NCBI RefSeq assembly: GCF_006345805.1
Contig: NC_043006.1
Coordinates: 83,514,001 to 83,578,000 of the forward strand
DNA: 64,000 nt
Source of the DNA: Octopus sinensis
Taxonomy: Eukaryota
Reading direction: 5' to 3'
The translations under genes were made by a program, and so were the position numbers. Positions 62,522 through 64,000 of this stretch are shown piece after piece. A model generated the notes under the pieces. It saw nothing but the letters and a program-made list of their open reading frames with translations, was not told the origin of the DNA and searched no databases. Position 1 is the first letter of the stretch. Each line of letters opens with the position of its first letter.

Positions 62522-62965
62522 GTTAGTTAGTTAGTTAGTTAATTTTTTGGCTCAAAAAGCATAAAGCAAGGCCATGTAGGGGGACATGGAGTTATGTACA
62601 GGGTGGTGTTCATGTAAAGAGTTCAGGCCACTTGTGGTCAAGGGAGACTTTGAACCGAGCGGTTGTTGGCATCTTCACTATCTCGTCCGGCAGCTTATTC
62701 CACGGATCCGCAACCCAGACGGAGAAAGCCCCTCTCCTTCGATTGAGATGAAATCGTCGCAGATAGAGCTTTTCGGAGTGACCCCGCAGCCAACGCTCTG
62801 GAACAGGAGTGAAGAACAGCTCTTTCGAGAGGTTACACTTTCCGCTTATGATGTTGTGAGCAAGAATGAGATCACCACGGCGGCATCGTTTTTCTAGAGA
62901 ATAAAGGTCGAGCGTCTTCAGCCTTTCTTCATAAGACAAATGCCTGTGTGAGAAATGTGGCTGAA
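62522..62965 (-). mobile_element. CR1/L2-clade LINE 3' end
   Basis: ORF 62610-63056 contains LSYEERLKTLDLYSLEKRCRRGDLI...RGHSEKL...FSVWVADPWNKLP, the CR1 post-RT motif; (AACT)n tail near 62522-62540. Confidence 0.85.
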
Positions 62966-63046
62966 GTTCATTTATACATAATTTGTGTGAATGTGTACAT
63001 GTATATATGAATATATATCTATTTATATGTATGTATATGTACACAT

Positions 63047-63350
63047 GTGAAGGCACATGGCCTAGTGGTTAGAGCAGCAGACTCGCGGTCAAGGGATAGC
63101 TGGTCCGAATCTAAGACCAGGTGATGTGTGTGTTTATGAGCAAAACCCCTAAGCCCCATACAGCTCTGGCAGAAGGTAATGGTGAACTTCTGCTGACTCT
63201 TTCGACACAACTTTCTCTCACTCTTTCCTCCTGCATCTTACAGCTCACCTGCAATGGACCAGTGTCCCATCCAGGTGAGGAACCTATACGCCAAGGAAAC
63301 CGGGAAACCGGCCCTTATGACCCAGGCATGGCTCGAGAAGGAACAAACAA
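63047..63350 (+). mobile_element. tRNA-derived SINE
   Basis: Head TGGCCTAGTGGTTAGAGCAG, tail GGCATGGCTCGAGAAGGAACAAACAA; an antisense tail fragment lies at about 19280-19380. Confidence 0.65.
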
Positions 63351-64000
63351 TATGTACACATATATGTACATGTGTACCTGCATATGTATGTGTGCGAATT
63401 ATGTATAAGAGGGGGAGAGAAAGAGAGAGACATTGTTATCAATACAGAAGTTACAAAACCCATTATGTTCTAACAAAAATACACTAGTATTTTTGTCTGA
63501 CCAGATTAGCTCCTTTTATGCCAATGTCTTCTTTGTATTTCATGTCTTAACTACTGGGGTCAGTGTAATCCCCTGAAACTCTTAACAGTGGTACCCAGCA
63601 TGGCTGTTGTCCAATGACTTAAGCCAGTTATAGAAAATTTAAAGAAGTCAAAATTTTAATTTCATTCAAAATAAATAGGAATTACTTTTTAAGGTAGATT
63701 TCAGTATCTTATCTTTTATATGATTCAGTCATTTGGACTGTGGCCATGCTGGGGCAATGCCTTGAAGTGTTTAGTTGAACAAATCAACCCTAGTACTTAT
63801 TTTTTAAAATCTGCTACTTATTCTATCAATCTCTTTTGCTAAACCACTATGTTACAAGAACATAAATAATAAATGAACACCTGTTGTCAAGCAGTAATGA
63901 AAAGCAGATAGAAACACACACATACATATGTATATGATGGGTTTCTACATAGTTTCCATTTATCAGATTCAGTCACTAGAGATTGGTCAGCTTGGGACTG

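Overview
AT-rich, microsatellite- and SINE-dense eukaryotic DNA. The repeat families look like coleoid cephalopod (Octopus-like) sequence; this is recognition, not a database result. The window is occupied by the 5' part of a + strand FHOD-family formin gene (FHOD1/FHOD3, Fhos-like). I reconstructed 13 phase-consistent GT-AG coding exons from 11300 to 62170 (2283 nt, 761 codons). They cover the GBD/FH3 armadillo region, a divergent linker, the poly-proline FH1 and the start of FH2, and the gene continues past the window end. The canonical FHOD N-terminal exons (ubiquitin-like subdomain) are not visible. Instead an internal CpG-rich first exon ([27 protein letters not shown]) splices in frame. 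A 21-nt microexon (3190-3210), two symmetric cassette exons and a possible third start exon point to complex isoform control. The introns carry tRNA-derived SINEs (some in tandem arrays), antisense RTE and CR1 LINE fragments, Tc1/mariner- and piggyBac-like MITEs, a non-autonomous Helitron, several local direct and inverted duplications, a pre-miRNA-like hairpin and three degenerate Penelope-type hammerhead ribozyme motifs. No rRNA, true tRNA or CRISPR array is seen.
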